DNA of 64,000 nt. It comes from Phoronis australis (Eukaryota > Animalia > Phoronida). The notes beneath the pieces are model-generated. The model was not told where the DNA came from, did no database searches, and worked only from the letters and a program-made list of their open reading frames with translations. The stretch's first letter is position 1; each line of letters opens with the position of its first letter. Below, piece after piece: positions 49,001 to 60,816 of this stretch. Both the position numbers and the translations under genes were made by a program. The stretch spans positions 62,001 through 126,000 of the forward strand of contig NMRA01000746.1 in NCBI GenBank assembly GCA_002633005.1, written 5' to 3'.

Positions 49001-51954
49001 ACCTATGATAGACTTTCTACAAAACTGTGGTGCATTGCTATCAAACTTCGTTGTTAAGTTACAATTGGCCTGCTTGTTATCATACGGGACAAAAGACTGA
49101 GCTGGGCAGTTAACAAAAGGGCCAGTCATGTTATCGCACGTTCAGCACCCCTCACGTCTGGAAAAGTTACTGAACGACAGAACGCTGTAATTATTAAAAA
49201 AATTGTGCTGAAATCCCACGACGAAAACTTGCGTTGCTGTCTCGCAATCGTCAATAGGGCAACTTGAATTCTTGAATAAATATACAGTTTCTACTCAACA
49301 AATTATATGAGATCCTCCCTAAGTTTTCCAAATTGCTTCCCTGAGATTTTTAAGTTCCTGTGGTGTTGGGATTAAGTCCAAATCTGCGCTACATCGTACC
49401 AAGGAGTGTCCTTGATGGTACCCCACAGAAAAGTCTCTGGACGAACACATGCGTGTGTGTGTCATCAGAGTTCATTTGCCAGTAAAAAACAATGCAACAA
49501 TCTAGGTGTGAATTAACTCAAGCAGTAAAGCAGAACGTGTTTTATTTTAGCACTTGCTGGTCTCATCTGCTGAAAAGAGTTTGAGAATTGAGTCGGTAAG
49601 GCCGATGTCAAATGTTATTGAGTTGCCAAGTGACTGGATGTATGACAGTATAACAGATATTTTCCGGGAGATTCGGGGTGTATTAGGTTGATGAAGTGGT
49701 CGCTGTCAGTCAGTCATTGTGACTTTAAAAACACTAGTTAGCCTCTTAAACAGAACGCAAAAGTTTTTTATGGTATTACATACTCTTGGAAAATAGTGCC
49801 AATATTTATTTCTTACTGATGTTATGCTACCCGTTTCATAAATAGGTAGTTTCATACTAATGTCTTTGGTGACAGCTGCATGTATGTAGTGTGTGCTTCC
49901 TTGCCACGTGTTTTTAACACTGGTCAACTTTTTTATTAATATTCGATTCGCGGTTTTCTCGCATACAAAGAAATTTGGATTCCTGTTGAGGGGGGAGTTA
50001 TATACGGGAAAGAAACAATACAATACAACCCCATTGACAAGTACGCTGCATCTGTTTTGAAAGGCCAGACCATAGTGGGACATATTCCTTTCAAGATCAG
50101 CATAAATTTTGCATTCTTTTTGAAGCATGGTAGAAGTTTGACGTGTATAGTCACAGCTATTAGCGGCGAAGCCCGTGGTCTACAAATTCCCTGCACAATG
50201 ATTTTTTAGGGCGGCTAGATGTTATTGATATATTGAAGATGTAAAATTTTAGAACTAAGGGTAAGGCATTTTTCGCCTGTAGGCCGCGATCATTGGCTGG
50301 GTACTTATTTTAGCGAAGTCTGAAAGCGCGTGGGTGGGGCACTTATAGGGTCATGGGTGCTTATTAAAGTGAAGGTGTTCATTTCCGGGCAACATTTACA
50401 ATTTGCCAGAATCAGCTGTTCTGAGTGCCTTGTCTTAAACCTTGACCGTAATTTATTTTGTTAGGAAAATGTCAGAATATTGCTTATATCTAAGCAGGAC
50501 TTCTGTGCATAGCTTTCAATCAGGAATGCAGCGAATTACAAATAGACGCCATTTTCACATACAAGACGGGATGCTACCAAATCATGCTTGGGTAATTTTG
50601 ATGATGTTTTGAATACCGCTAAATGTTGCAAGTGTAAAAACTGAGTGAGAAACTGAGAGCGTTAATTTACTTCCCGGCCTGACCCAAGCTGTGAAACTGC
50701 TACGAGATGGAGTGTGATTAAATCTAGCAAAACCACGTGCTCCGTGTGTGCAATTGCTAGGAGAGGGGTGTGTGATAAATTGCTCAATTCAAATCTGGGT
50801 TGACCCGGGAGATCTAGCAAAATTGTGCTCTGTGCATGGAACTTGTAGGTGCAAATGTCTTCACAGTCCATTCGTGATTGTTACTGCACGATGACTAATC
50901 TTGTATAAAAGTTCCAATTCTATAAAAATTACTGAGTTGGCCTATATTAATTTAACAAAAGACCAGATAAGACGTTTAAGAAAAGGTAGTTGCAGCGGTT
51001 AAGTTATTCCAAAAATGCTTGAAAACGCACTTGGCAAGACTATCATACGTAAGCATGCGGTGTTTCCCGCAAACATGGAAGTCTGAACCTGAGGCAAAGT
51101 TGCAATTAAAGCACAAGTTCAAGCTCAAGTTATATTAGAGCCGTAAGCTGTTGATCAGGTCGATTACTCGACAAGCTGAATTTGCGCTAATTTGGAGACG
51201 AGTGATTACCCGAACAGTGGGTGCTTTTATCCAAATTTGGCAAAAGTTGGGGGTGGGCAATTACCCGGGCACGGACATTTATTCAGGATTTTATGGTAAT
51301 CCTTCAGGCTGTAAGAGAATTGTTAACTTCAACAGGCTATACTCACCCTCACTTCCTCCATATGCACTGTCTTGTTGATCTGAAACGAATGCATATGGCA
51401 TATCAGTCTCTTTGTGTTACATAGGTCCAAATTTTGTAATGTACGAAGTATTAGTCATTTAATGCAACCCATGGATATTGTCTTGACAGTTGGGTGCACT
51501 CCTTTAATTCACAATTTTGGTTTTAATTCATTCCAAAAAATTGAAGTCTGGCTCCCATCAGCATGTAATGTTTACAATTTGTATGATTTGGCTAGATTAT
51601 AAAGTTAATTTACATGCTGATATCAGTGACCAATATGTTTTATCTATAGTTGTTCATATTGACTGCTGGTGTGGTAAGGGCGAAATTTACATAGTGCTGT
51701 ATTACTAACTACCTTGAAAATTATTAGCTACTTGATGAACCTATTTAAGTCTCAGTCATTCTCAACTCATAGAATACTTGAAAGGTTATCATAAGATTTG
51801 CTGTCTGCATGATGCCCTATTGTCATTTTAATCTGTGACTGAACAAAGAATTTGTGGTTTTGGTTATGGTTAAAACTCTGTAGATAGCGTACTTACCATG
51901 ATGTTTATGTTTTTGTGCCCGAGTGGTGAATGGCGTTGACTGCTGTTCATCCAT
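34081..51954 (-). CDS. Uncharacterised membrane-associated protein, paralog A (~316 aa) with a triplicated two-exon cassette
   Basis: Phase-1 exon chain 51954-51897 (alternative start exon 52020-51990), 51379-51347 (DQQDSAYGGSE), 47985-47905, 47623-47588, 44761-44678, 44396-44361, 40677-40594 and 34619-34081 gives an open 951-nt frame. The terminal exon is homologous to paralog B. AATAAA lies ~45 nt after the stop. Exons could be hidden in the N gap. Confidence 0.6.
34993..38330 (-). mobile_element. 5'-truncated L1/Tx1-clade LINE, degenerate ORF2, in the last intron of paralog A
   Basis: SRIDIW, FSDHS, RGPGLWKFN, TPGNDAI, LNCDYKLIT, QYADDT, EGGL and a CPYC zinc knuckle; AATAAA and A-rich tail at 35024-34993 (across the gap). 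Confidence 0.88.
35025..35208. other. Assembly gap (184 N)
   Basis: Run of N. Confidence 1.
42275..42700. mobile_element. Harbinger/PIF-like MITE (duplicated copy at 46359-46782; diverged inverted fragment at ~48595-48835)
   Basis: TIR AGTCCCGTTTAGAC / AGTGCTGTTTACAC with 3-bp TSD ATT; absent from the equivalent site in unit 1 (~39470). Confidence 0.75.
42721..43558. mobile_element. Harbinger/PIF-like non-autonomous element, 838 bp
   Basis: TIR GGGCTGTTCCAGYAAAAT with TTA TSD (42718-42720 and 43559-43561); the empty site gttgTTAaagc is visible in units 1 and 3. Confidence 0.88.
46359..46782. mobile_element. Harbinger/PIF-like MITE, copy made by the segmental duplication
   Basis: Near-identical to 42275-42700 and at the same relative position. 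Confidence 0.75.
48845..50380 (+). mobile_element. Non-autonomous TIR DNA element (Tc1/mariner-pogo-like ends) carrying a HIRAN-like coding remnant
   Basis: ATAAGCGCCC-type subterminal repeats at both ends; homologous and inverted relative to 59390-60816. Confidence 0.7.
49943..50209 (+). pseudogene. HIRAN-like domain remnant (88 open codons, no start codon)
   Basis: SIRGFLAYKEIWIPVEGGVIYGKETIQYNPIDKYAASVLKGQTIVGHIPFKISINFAFFLKHGRSLTCIVTAISGEARGLQIPCTMIF* fits the HIRAN pattern RGxxxY...NxxDxxA...VGHIP. Absent from the ORF track because it has no start codon. Confidence 0.75.
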
Positions 51955-53265
51955 GTTAGAAAAGTGACGTCACATTATGGTTTACTTACCAGCCAAAAGG
52001 TGGCCTGCCTGACGGGACATCCTGCAAATCTAAAATCCTAAAAATGTCATTGATGTAGAATCAACAAATATTTTGAACATAACTCAACTTCCAATATGTT
52101 TTTACAGTGTGCGTCTGGAATTGTGTTGTTATCAGTGAGAGATATTCCAGTGCAATAAACGTACTTTAGCACTGCCTAAAGCATTATCTGCCCGTTGCCT
52201 GTAAGGTCAAGAAACTTGTGTTAGTGCATGGTAAACATAGAGTTCAATGTTACTGGCTCACCTGCACAAACACTAGTTTCCTTCTTGTCTCTAGGAAACT
52301 ACCTGGGTTTCTATTAATGAAGTGTTGGTTGCTGTTTTGTGGTTATCTTATAGAACTTGCAGAAGCAGTAACCTGTTGCCATGGCAAGAACACAAGTGGT
52401 AAACGATTTACTTTATCAAAGTGGTTTTCATTTATTTTAAACTTTACTGTCTGTACTTTTCAGCATGCATTACTTTCTCCGGTGAGCTCCCTTGGGTTTT
52501 TTACAAAACAATGAACTAGGCTGTTTTGGTGCTTCTGTAGAGTTTGCAGTGCAAATGTGTATTGTTAGGAGTAAAAATTTTACTATTGTATCAAAATTAA
52601 TAACATTTTCCGATTAATGACCATGACGGATTTCTAAGACCAAATTTGCAGTTTATGTGTATTTGAAGAGTAATTTTCATGTTAAAAGTGAATTTTGTTA
52701 CATTATGACTTTTCGGTTCATTACCTTCACCATATCACATCATGAAATATTTGAACCAAATAAACGTAAAATGGACAAAATAGTAGTTCTGAGTAAAATT
52801 CTGATTTGTTTGATGACATCTGACTGCAACAATAAAGACTGGTTACGATACATGCAAAGTGAAACAGCTTGTCTAGAAGCAATATAAATATTGGGCTTCA
52901 CTTGAAACAGTAAACCAATGATTTTGCAATATCTTACTTAAATGTTTTCATCTTTTGAATTTTGATTTCCTTGGCGTTTTTTCCTCAGAAAAGATGCCAA
53001 ACTTTAGGAATTGTTATTTTTCGGTCTTTCGGAAGTATAAACTTTGGTCTCTTTGTCAAGTGTGGTGACTTGTCTCTGTGACCTCTTGTCAAGCAGCTCA
53101 TTGATAATTTTAAAATCTAAGGCCTTGTTGCGCTGGTAAAACAGGTTTCCTTGAATGTTTCATGCAGTGTGTAATATTTTGAACAAAGTACTGGAAGTTA
53201 ACTGAATTCAAGGTCATCGAAGTTTTTAAAATAAAAACATGTCTCTTTAGTGTATTTCGTTTTGA

Positions 53266-53790
53266 TTTTTATCCGCCCACGCATTATGCTGTCATTTCCG
53301 TCCGTCCAGGCGGCGTCCGTCTGGCGTCCAGCGTTCGCTGCTCTATCTCCAAAACCGATTGACGTATGTTCGCGAAATTTTGCACATGAGTTTATGTCAT
53401 GGATGGGACGGCATGAGCAAACTTTCGGATGGATCTGAGTACCGGTGTGCCCCCTAGTGGCAATTTCTTTTTTTACATTAACCTCTGTATCTTCAATGGT
53501 CCTCAACATATTTTCACAAACTTTGGTATATAGGCATCTATTAGTGAGACGACAATATCCTCCCATTTTTGGATGGATTCGACATTGTTTACGCCACCTA
53601 GAGGCCATTTTTACTGTTCTTTAGTCTTTTTTTAGCGTCCACCCCTCTATCAACCAAACCGCTCTAAGCATGATTGTGAAAATTGGCATGTATGTTCTTA
53701 CTTATCATGAAGAGGACGGTTCAGGATCCGACGTCTTTGACTACTGTGGTGCCTCTTAGTGGAAGTTTTTTTGCGCCTATGCAGTGTTCT
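53266..53790 (+). mobile_element. HINE/DINE-1-like repeat, 3'-truncated copy
   Basis: 5' end ttttatccgcccacgcattatg, GTCC microsatellite and one central subunit, matching 32265 onward. Confidence 0.75.
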
Positions 53791-53930
53791 CCACATCTGA
53801 AAATCTAAACAGGTCGCACGCGTAAAAACTGCAACGTGCCGCAACCGCGCGGCGGTCAACATTCTCCATAAGCTAGTGTGCAGTTTATTGTGCACCTTAT
53901 TTTTACCCACGCATTTTAATAACTGTTTAT

Positions 53931-55360
53931 ATGCGCTAACTGCGAAGCGATACCGAAGCTAGTTTACAGTGAAACAATATGTGTAGTTGAGATAAAAGGT
54001 CATATATATTATGACAAACTAAACTACTACAGATATCAGTAATTACAAAAGTTATATAACATGTTGAACTGTAAAGGTGGGTGACAGTGTGCCTCCAATG
54101 AAGGTGGTGAATAGTAAGTTAAGAAACAATATGCGGAAGCATAACAGCAACACCGGGACAGCGACATGGGAAATTTGAGGATAACAGAGAAAGAAAGAAA
54201 ATTGGTTTGAGGGAGGGAGGGAAAGAGAAATTGAGTGAAAAATGAAAGTTGGAGCGAATTGTGGACGATGGCCCAGTGTTGCGACAAGACAAAGAGATCA
54301 TGTGGTACAATTTAACCAATAACCGTAGAACAAAGAGGGTCACTGACTCGAGAATCCAAACAATATGATAATGAGGACGAAGCAGTATAGCTTACATAAA
54401 ATTAAATTTATCGTCATTATTTTGACACTTTATTTTGATACTAGTCCTTAGGGTTTATTTTGCATTACTCATCTCTATTTATAGCCTCAAGGGCCTACTT
54501 TTGTATTCATACGTTTCTCTACGCGACTCCTGCTTGGTCACCCATATTTCCATTGTTCAGTTCAACGTGGTCTCTCATTCAGCCACCTACCTCGTCTACA
54601 AGACCTACGTTCGTTCTCTTCATTTTCCCCAATCCCCATCCTGGGTGTCGGTTCCACTTTCTCTTTGCTCATATACATTTCCTGTTAGGTTTTTTCAAGT
54701 TTTGTGTTCATGTTCTGTACTTTTCCTTTAAACCCTTCAGGCAGTTCTTTGTTTTGTTCCCTCTTTCAGGGCTACGGTATTCATTGTACACACCGGTGGG
54801 CGTTTTGTCCATGCCCATCTTGCAGAGTCTTAGTTTTATCTATTTACGTCATAATAAATGACAATATTTGCAATCCTCCTCTTGTTTTACTCTGCAACAT
54901 AGCTCGTGGCGTACCCCGGGCAAAGTAGATTACGATAAAAACACTTATTTTGCTAATTCTAAAACTTTTCGAACAGAATGAACTAAACGAGTCAAAAAGC
55001 CTAGATAAATGGTCATACGCACTAACGGCCAGAGCCGAAGGTACTTTGAAAACACGTCTCAACAAAGAACAAATTAAAAAATGTAAGGTATGGTTTTGCA
55101 GTATTTTTTGTCAAGAATTCAAATAAAATATCAAAATCGACTTCCGACTAAAAGCTAAGAAGTTGTGTTTTTACAGCTGAAAACAACTGGGCTGAAAGTT
55201 TTAAATGCGCTAACTGCGAAGCGATACAGAAGCTAGTTTACAGTGAAACAACATGTGTAGGTGAGAAAAAAGATCATATATATTAGGATAAACTTAAATT
55301 ACTACAGTTATTGATACAAAAGGTATATAATATTTTGTGCTGTAAAGGTGGATGACAATC
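53931..55360. repeat. ~155-bp direct repeats ~1.27 kb apart
   Basis: atgcgctaactgcgaagcgatac...gtaaaggtggrtgaca occurs at 53931-54087 and 55206-55358. Confidence 0.8.
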
Positions 55361-56019
55361 TACCACAGATGCAGCAGAAGGATGCATCCACCAACAGATC
55401 ACACAATGGGGTTAGTTACGTATGGAGATCTCATGCTGATAAGTCCCACTGAAAGCGTTTGTACGCTACCAGACACTTTGCTTTGTAAAACGTGGCGCTT
55501 CCGAGCTTTACTTCACCAGGCTCTGCAGTGAATGTGTGTCGTTCTTCCCTTAGCAGGCGTCAGTGTTGCAATTTCTTCACTCTGGCAATGAGACACCTGT
55601 AGATGTATGGACGATACATGTCGGTCATGCTTTGGGTCATGGAACCACACTTTACTCCTTGCACGACTGCTTCCGCATTCTAAAAACGGATATTCATTGA
55701 ACAATGATGTTATATTTCTTACTTCATTGGTATTCTCTATAAGGTTAAACAGACTTCTATTATATGTTTAGTTTAAGTTGTATTCACTTTGTTTCTCTGG
55801 GTAAAAATTGAAATTCGCATACAGTTCTTTTGCTCTCATGAAGTCAGTGTTGTATGTATTCGGTACCCTGATATTTTGTATTTCAATAATTACACATTTT
55901 TGTCAGGTTTGACACGCTTTGAGCGTGTAATATGTATAAAATTCTCACCCCGGGTATTGGAAAATGTGGGTTAGATGTCATCAATTTAACCTTTTAAAAA
56001 GGATCTATTTCAAGTCAAC

Positions 56020-59000
56020 TACTTGTCAACCAATCAGTCGCAGGACTGCTTCAGTAGAAATCTGCCAACAAACTGAACCTCGGTGACGAATCAGGCCAGA
56101 GTCTGGGGTCGGCACAACAAGTTTAATTCCCTTCCTCTCTAAAATGTTTCTGGGGCAGTATCATGTCGGAAAATGTATGTATCCCCATATTAAGAAATAA
56201 TGGTCACAGTCTCTTGCTTTAGTGCAGAGGTTGCCCAAAAATATTGCTCAATTTGCTCACCATACAAGTGAACACTCCACAGCTGGAGTTATCATCTTGC
56301 TTAGTGCTTGGCATTCCCCGACAGTGCCAACCTTCTGGGGAAATCTTTTCTTGTTCACAGCTCTTGTTCCTTTCCTTAAGATATTCCCTACAAGAAGAAT
56401 TGCATACCACTACAATAGAAGTTAAAAAAACTTATGTAGGCCTTAAAAATACATAAACGTTGCTGCTCATTAAGTACATTTGGTTGTCCAAAGCCAACAA
56501 GACCAAAACTCCCGAATTGATCACGAAGAAATTTGAGTCACCAAAATTTACTTACTGCCAGTGGATGCAGTAATCCTCTGTGTATTCCATCTCTCTCCCT
56601 GCTGAGTCATAGATCTCCAGCAATGAACTTGATGGGTATACCACCATCAGTAACCAGTGGTCTTTCACATGAATTGGCACCAATATTATATTGAATGCCA
56701 TGAGCCGTGTCTAAAACATGCACAACAGATATCAAACTGAACAGCCCAATTAAAGATACCAAAGCCATGAACAGTACTCAGTACTGTACGTACCAGACAT
56801 GAGGACTGGGCTAAGTAGTGAAAGTTTTGTTGAATTGCCCATGCACAATAGTACGCAAGCTTATGTTGCAACAGCAGTTAACTTTTGGGAGAAAATTCAA
56901 AGTTCTGCATTTTTGCAAATAATTTGGACATATGTTGCGAACTTTTAAGTTAATGCATCTTACAGATTTTCCATAACACTAGCAGCCAGAGTCAATAATT
57001 GATGGCATGGTTTGGTAAGGATGACTAGGTAATCCATGAAGATCAATGGATCAATCCAATAGGTTACTAATTCTTCGCTGTAGGAAAATCGTTTCTTTGT
57101 TCAATATAGGCAAATGTTCACCTGCTCTAGGTTGAGGATGCCAAAATGTACAAATCAGTTAACATGTTTTGTTAGATGTACTAAGTTCAAATCAAACTCG
57201 TGAGTGACACTGAGTGCGACCAAGGTCATATATCCTAAACGTTCGGGTTAACGCCCATGTTCACTTATCCGGCCATCCCCAACTTTACGTGAATTTCCAA
57301 TTTAAACTCGCACTGCTCGGTTAAGTGCACCTCTGTGATTTTTGAAGATTTCCAGTTAAGTGTCCCCCTCTCGGTTAAGCACCCATCACTGACTTTAAAG
57401 ATTGAAGATTTAGTGTGCTAAGGAAACGCACCAATTCCCTGACTTAGATAAAGATCGGTGATAACAATGATTGCAACGACAGCCTTCGAGACGATGCCTC
57501 CGAGACGGCGGTTTGGCAATGTGAATTATAATACAAGTAACGAATTATTGTCCTGGGTCATGGACTTATTCAAAATATAATACTTAAACGTTTTTGTCAC
57601 GTTATTTTATTCCATTGTTCGAAAAGTTTAAGAACCCAACCAGAGATGTTTTTGTGCTGCGCGTTTCCATCTGCAGTGCACTTGACAAAATATATTCAAA
57701 AAAATCAGGCCAGAGAAATGTGACAGTGGTTCAATTGCCAACCCAACATTTAATTCGCTTTAGGTGGGATTAGGCTCTCGTATTTTGAAGAACTCCCATT
57801 ACTTACGGAAAGATGCCAAATTCTCCCTATTTTGATGAATGTAATTGCCGAGTTATAGAAGATGTATGGCAACCAAAGGGACAATGTTTCTCAATGGGTT
57901 AGTGAATTGCTGTCCCTTGATTTCTGTATTTTGTGTATTATCTTGAAGTAATAAAAAACTGCTCGTCAAATTTGGTTTTACGCTTATTGCATCTCAGTCA
58001 ACAGGCGTTAGCAGATTTCACCAATGTCGCTGGTGGTTCTTTATAATGCAATTTCTTGCGACAACCCCTGCCCAGGCATGCATGACTATGAACTATCATT
58101 TCCACCCATCTTTTTGACTGTCCTGAATAATATTGTTTCTGCATTAGCCAGTTTCAGCTTGAACAAAATTCTTGCCATAAGAGTCTGAAATATCTATGAC
58201 GTAGACTGACTGAAAATTGGCGACATTGGGGTGGAGGTGCACGAGCTAGCTCTGGGCATGGAATATCAGGACTAGAGAACATCGGGCCTAGCAAACATCG
58301 GGCCCAGGGAACATCCGGCCTAGGGAACATCCGGCCTAGCAAACATCGGGCCTAGCAAATATCGAGCCCAGGGAACATCGGGCCTAGGGAACATCGAGCT
58401 TAGGGAACATTGGGTCTCAACGGACCATCAAGACAGTTTTGGGGAACATTGTAATGTAGGAATATCGTAAAGCACTGGGTCTTTTATAACAACATGTTAT
58501 ATTAACATCAACGTAATGTAAGTGACAGGTGACTCATACCTACGTGTGTGCTGAATCCTGCCGCTGTTTTTAGCCATAAAAAACGAGGCCGTTATATTAC
58601 TTGATAGCATTTCCCAAGTCACAATTGTCAGCCGGGACACTACGCGCAAACACCGGGACAGACCAGTGCCGGCTGTGCCATATTGTAGGTGATGTTATAA
58701 TAAGATAATCTGGACATCTTGCATGTAAAATAAATGTTTTTCCACCACGTAAGTTGATCGTTTAAGAATGAATAGAAACAGCACTGATTTGTGATGTTTT
58801 ATCACATAATTATGCCATATTTTGAAATTTTCTTCGGCATAACTAAAAAATTGCAAAAGTAGTCAAAATGTTAGCGAATGAAATGTGCAAAAGATAGCTT
58901 CTGAATATGTTCCAAGACTTGTTTACAAGTCAATGAGAGTGCTGTTTGCTCTCTATCAGTGTTCAACTCGATTTGGCAACAACCAAATAAATAGGCCGGA

Positions 59001-59231
59001 TTCACAAGAGGTGCGTTATGTTTGCCAGGTGTCTACTTTCCGCCAAAAATTTGACTTGCGTATGTTTGAAATTCCATGTCGCGTGTTGTGACTATACATA
59101 CAAGATGACCAAAGCGGTCTACAGTTTGTGGTGCAGAGTACTGGTCCCAACAACACCGACTCAGTAACTTTTTATTGACGAATGGCTCGATTGTTCGCTT
59201 ACCCCCGATTCTTGTCTTCTTTGCCTGGCAT
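56020..59231 (-). pseudogene. Spliced Ulp1/SENP-like cysteine protease (peptidase C48) gene, probably decaying or transposon-derived
   Basis: Exons 56710-56556 and 56387-56261 splice in frame to TRLMAFNIILVPIHVKDHWLLMVVYP..EIYDSAG..TKQDDNSSCGVFTCM (His, Asp, Gln and Cys intact). Upstream exons 59231-59203 (MPGKEDKNRG) and 57077-56964 (WIDPLIFMDYL) are phase-2 compatible. The linking exon (~56.8-56.9 kb) needs a frameshift and the last exon lacks a clean acceptor. Confidence 0.7.
58255..58420. repeat. Minisatellite of ~16-17-bp units (GGAACATCGGGCCTAG)
   Basis: About 9-10 tandem degenerate copies. Confidence 0.88.
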
Positions 59232-59389
59232 GTTTCACGCAACGGAAGTGAGCAGCGCCATGAGGTCGAGATAAAACAGCTAGCCACAGATTCATACGTT
59301 GAAAACATCATTGAGTCACAGAGTCTCAAACGTAAACATCCCAAACACAAAAAACACCTGAATTAGTTTTTCAAACTTTTATACAACTA

Positions 59390-60816
59390 CCGTATTCGCC
59401 ATAATAACCGCCCATGCCCCACCCCCCCATGCGTTTTCAGACTTTGCTGATCGTGCCCAGTCCATGAACGTGTACATGCGAACAGTGACTTACCTACAGT
59501 CCTAAAACTGGGCTACAGTAACGTCTTCGATTTATCAAAAATTTTGCGCGGGTCTTCTAGACCACCAGCGGCACTGCTACGTTTGTATTTAGCCGTGACT
59601 ATACACCTCAAACTAACAGTGAACTTCAAAAAGAACGCAACAACTTTGCTACTCTTGCAACGAATGTGTCCCACAATGGTCTGACCTTTCAGTACAGACA
59701 CAGCGACTGTCTCATGAATAAAAATAACTCGGTGTTAAACACACGTGGCTAGGAAGCGCGCGCTACATACATGAACCTGTCATCAAAGACATTAAACGGG
59801 AACTATCCATTCACGAAGCGGTAGCATAGCATCAGTAAGAAATGAATATTGGCACTGATTTCCGACTGTTTCTAATACTATAAAAAATGTTTGCGTTATT
59901 TTTAAGATGGATTGTTTGATTAACCATAATTGGTGTTTTCACTGAAGTTAAGCCATCAATATCTGATAAAATGACAACTGACAGTGAATGCTTAAACACC
60001 CTTACACCGAAAAATAACTGTTAGATAGTTACGTAGGCATCTAGGTACATGGCGACTATGGGCCTTACCGAGACAAATGTTGAACATTTTTAGCACATGA
60101 GACCTCCAAGTGCTGAATGAAACACGCTCTGGTTTAGGCCTACTGCTTGTGCAAATTTCTTTAGATACAATGCACATCTAGATTGTTAGATTGCGTGGCT
60201 CTGGCCAAAAGACGGTCTCTGCTGTGGCAAATGAACTCTGGTGATACGCACGCGCTCGCTTACTCACAAATGCAGACAAACTTCAAAACAAATGTCACGT
60301 GACAACAACATGTGTGTTCATCCAGACATTTTTCTCGTGTTGCCGATCATACATGTAGGTGGCACGATGTAGCATAGATTTGTACTTAGACCTGCCGTTA
60401 ATCCCGACTTCACGGGAATTTAAAAATCTTAGCGACGCTACTTGGAAAACTTTAAAGGAGGATTTCAGATAATTTGCTTAAGTCGAAACTATATTTTTAT
60501 TCAAGCATTTAAGTCGCCATAATCGACGATGACGATTGCGAGGCAGTCAGTCGGTGAGTTTTCGCCCTAGGATTTCAGCACAATTTTCTGTAAAATGATC
60601 GTAATTTAACATCAAAGTTTAATAGCAGTGAACCACAGGTTTGCGGAAAGTCTTTCATAGATTACAATACATCACAGAGCATAAATTTTATGAATTTTAG
60701 CTTCTGATTTCACCCGTTTTTGAGACCGGGTTTCAATCGCCTTGGGTTATAATAAGTGCCCCCCGCCTGAACCGAACTTTTTTAAGTGCCCCGGGCGGTT
60801 ATTACTGTGAATATGG
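59390..60816 (-). mobile_element. Non-autonomous TIR DNA element with a HIRAN-like remnant (inverted relative of 48845-50380)
   Basis: TA|CCGTATTCGCCATAATAACCGCCC ... GGGCGGTTATTACTGTGAATATGG|TA (TA flanks, ~24-bp TIR). 59701-59513 encodes SVLKGQTIVGHIRCKSSKVVAFFLK..CIVTAKYKRSSAAGGLEDP. Confidence 0.8.
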
